A DNA stretch of 64,000 nt from an uncultured Microthrixaceae bacterium. Lineage in GTDB: Bacteria > Actinomycetota > Acidimicrobiia > Acidimicrobiales > CAVOFX01. The position numbers and the translations under genes are program-made. The notes below the pieces were generated by a model that made no database searches, was not told the origin of the DNA, and saw only the letters and a program-made list of their open reading frames with translations. How positions within the stretch are numbered: the stretch's first letter is position 1; each line of letters begins with the position of its first letter. The stretch covers positions 70,964 to 134,963 of the forward strand of contig CAVOFX010000002.1 in assembly GCA_963695115.1 (NCBI GenBank), in the 5' to 3' direction. Positions 62,846-64,000 of this stretch are shown one piece after another.

Positions 62846-64000
62846 GTGTCATCGCCCTGGGATGTACCGCCACCTACGGCGCCCCCCGTCGCGGGAGACC
62901 GCCCGCCTGCAAGCACCGATCCCTGGCTCCCCCCCAATCCGCCACCCCCGCTCCCGGCCCCAACCCTTCCTCCCTCCCCTCCCTCGAGGGCCGGGGCGGG
63001 GTGGCGGGGTGTGATCGCAGTGCTCGTGGCGCTCTCCCTGCTCGCGGCCGGTGTGGTGGTGGGATGGGTGATCACCGACGACGTCGCACCGACCCTGTCG
63101 GGGACAGCCCCCGCGGAAGACGACGAGGCGGCGGGCCTTCCCACGGACCCCCCGGTGCAGGGGGAGCCGACCGAGCCGGTCGCGGCCGTGGCGGAGGCCG
63201 TCACCCCGGCGGTGGTCCGGATCGAGACCGAGGTGGGGATCGGCTCTGGAACGGTGTACGACCCTTCGGGGCTGATCCTGACCAACGCCCACGTCGTCGG
63301 TGAGGCAACCGATGTCACGGTCACCATGGCCGACGGAAGCGAGACCCCGGGCGAGGTGCTGGGCGCCGACACCGCAATCGACATCGCAGTGGTGAGGATC
63401 GACCCGGAAGCGATCATCGAGGTCGCCGTCCTGGCACTCGAAGAGGAGGTCCAGGTCGGTCAGCTGGCAGTCGCGGTCGGCTCGCCCTTCGAGCTCGACC
63501 AGACGGTGACCGCAGGGATCGTGAGCGCGGTCGACCGCCCGTTCGCAGGCACCGAGATCACCACCGGCATGATCCAGACCGACGCTGCGATCAACTCCGG
63601 CAACTCGGGAGGCGCGCTCGCCGATCGATCGGGCAGGATCATCGGGGTTCCCACGGCGATCTTCAGCCAATCCGGTGACAACAACGGGATCGGCTTCGCC
63701 ATCCCGATCGATCTCGCGTTCGCACAGGCCAACAAGATCGTCGAGGGGGAGCCGCTGGACCTCCCGTTCCTCGGGGTTGGCCGTGCTGAGGGGGTGGACC
63801 CCGTGGAGGAGCCGGGCGCCTACATCGACAGCGTCGAGCCCGGGTCCGCTGCGGAGGAAGGCGGCCTCGAGGAAGGCGACCTGGTCGTCGCGATCGACGG
63901 CGAGGCGGTGAGGGACTTCGACGAGCTGGCCGCCGAGGTCGGGGCACGCAGCCCTGGGGAGACCATCGAGCTCGAGGTGGTCCGCGACGGCGAGTCCTTC
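62846..64000 (+). CDS. HtrA/DegP-like S1C serine protease with PDZ domain (3' end beyond window)
   Basis: Own translation from the GTG after GAGAGGAG. A Pro-rich N-terminus and a TM helix (VIAVLVALSLLAAGVVVGWVI) precede GSGTVYDPSGLILTNAHVV, DIAVVRI, TDAAINSGNSGGAL and a PDZ-like GAYIDSVEPGSAAEEGGLEEGDLVVAIDG. There is no stop before position 64000, so it is absent from the track. Confidence 0.85.
   Translation, partial: MSSPWDVPPPTAPPVAGDRPPASTDPWLPPNPPPPLPAPTLPPSPPSRAGAGWRGVIAVLVALSLLAAGVVVGWVITDDVAPTLSGTAPAEDDEAAGLPTDPPVQGEPTEPVAAVAEAVTPAVVRIETEVGIGSGTVYDPSGLILTNAHVVGEATDVTVTMADGSETPGEVLGADTAIDIAVVRIDPEAIIEVAVLALEEEVQVGQLAVAVGSPFELDQTVTAGIVSAVDRPFAGTEITTGMIQTDAAINSGNSGGALADRSGRIIGVPTAIFSQSGDNNGIGFAIPIDLAFAQANKIVEGEPLDLPFLGVGRAEGVDPVEEPGAYIDSVEPGSAAEEGGLEEGDLVVAIDGEAVRDFDELAAEVGARSPGETIELEVVRDGESF

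Overview
High-GC chromosomal segment, probably from an actinobacterium. The inference rests on gene order: yloV-like/recG ... rsmD-coaD ... yceD-rpmF ... rnc-mutM-smc. I can support about 65 genes. They include a lipid/CoA-thioester metabolism cluster (NMO, PaaI thioesterase, acyl-CoA dehydrogenase, SDR plus MaoC hydratase, two family-III CoA-transferases), two ABC1 kinases (one decayed), ettA, and a Liv-type ABC importer with a fused permease/ATPase/ATPase gene. Also present are xthA, a UvrD-like helicase with an HRDC domain, a Phd/RelE-ParE toxin-antitoxin pair, galK, bioAFD, ATP-type pckA, recG, a DsrE/SQR sulfur pair, a MoxR-DUF58-VWA operon and an OmpR/histidine-kinase/HtrA module. I saw no rRNA, tRNA, CRISPR array, transposase or integrase.

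Observations most worth a second look:
1. About 10 conserved genes in the first 44 kb are broken by single indels, while none in the last 20 kb are. This could be consensus error or real decay.
2. A roughly 1.46 kb lower-GC insertion is flanked by a 22-30 bp direct repeat of the histidine-phosphatase gene start. It carries two unknown exported proteins, one preceded by a G10 tract at its ribosome-binding site.
3. One protein combines a Zc3h12a-like NYN RNase domain, an S1-like domain and a histone-H1-like Lys/Ala tail. The tail is encoded by about ten 36-bp tandem repeats.
4. The RelE/ParE-like toxin is about twice the usual length and sits next to a 5'-truncated MarR remnant.
5. A rhodanese remnant is translationally coupled to dsrE.

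Coordinates of internal starts were derived from the ORF track by residue counting. Positions of indels and small motifs are approximate to a few nt. Nothing was searched against databases.
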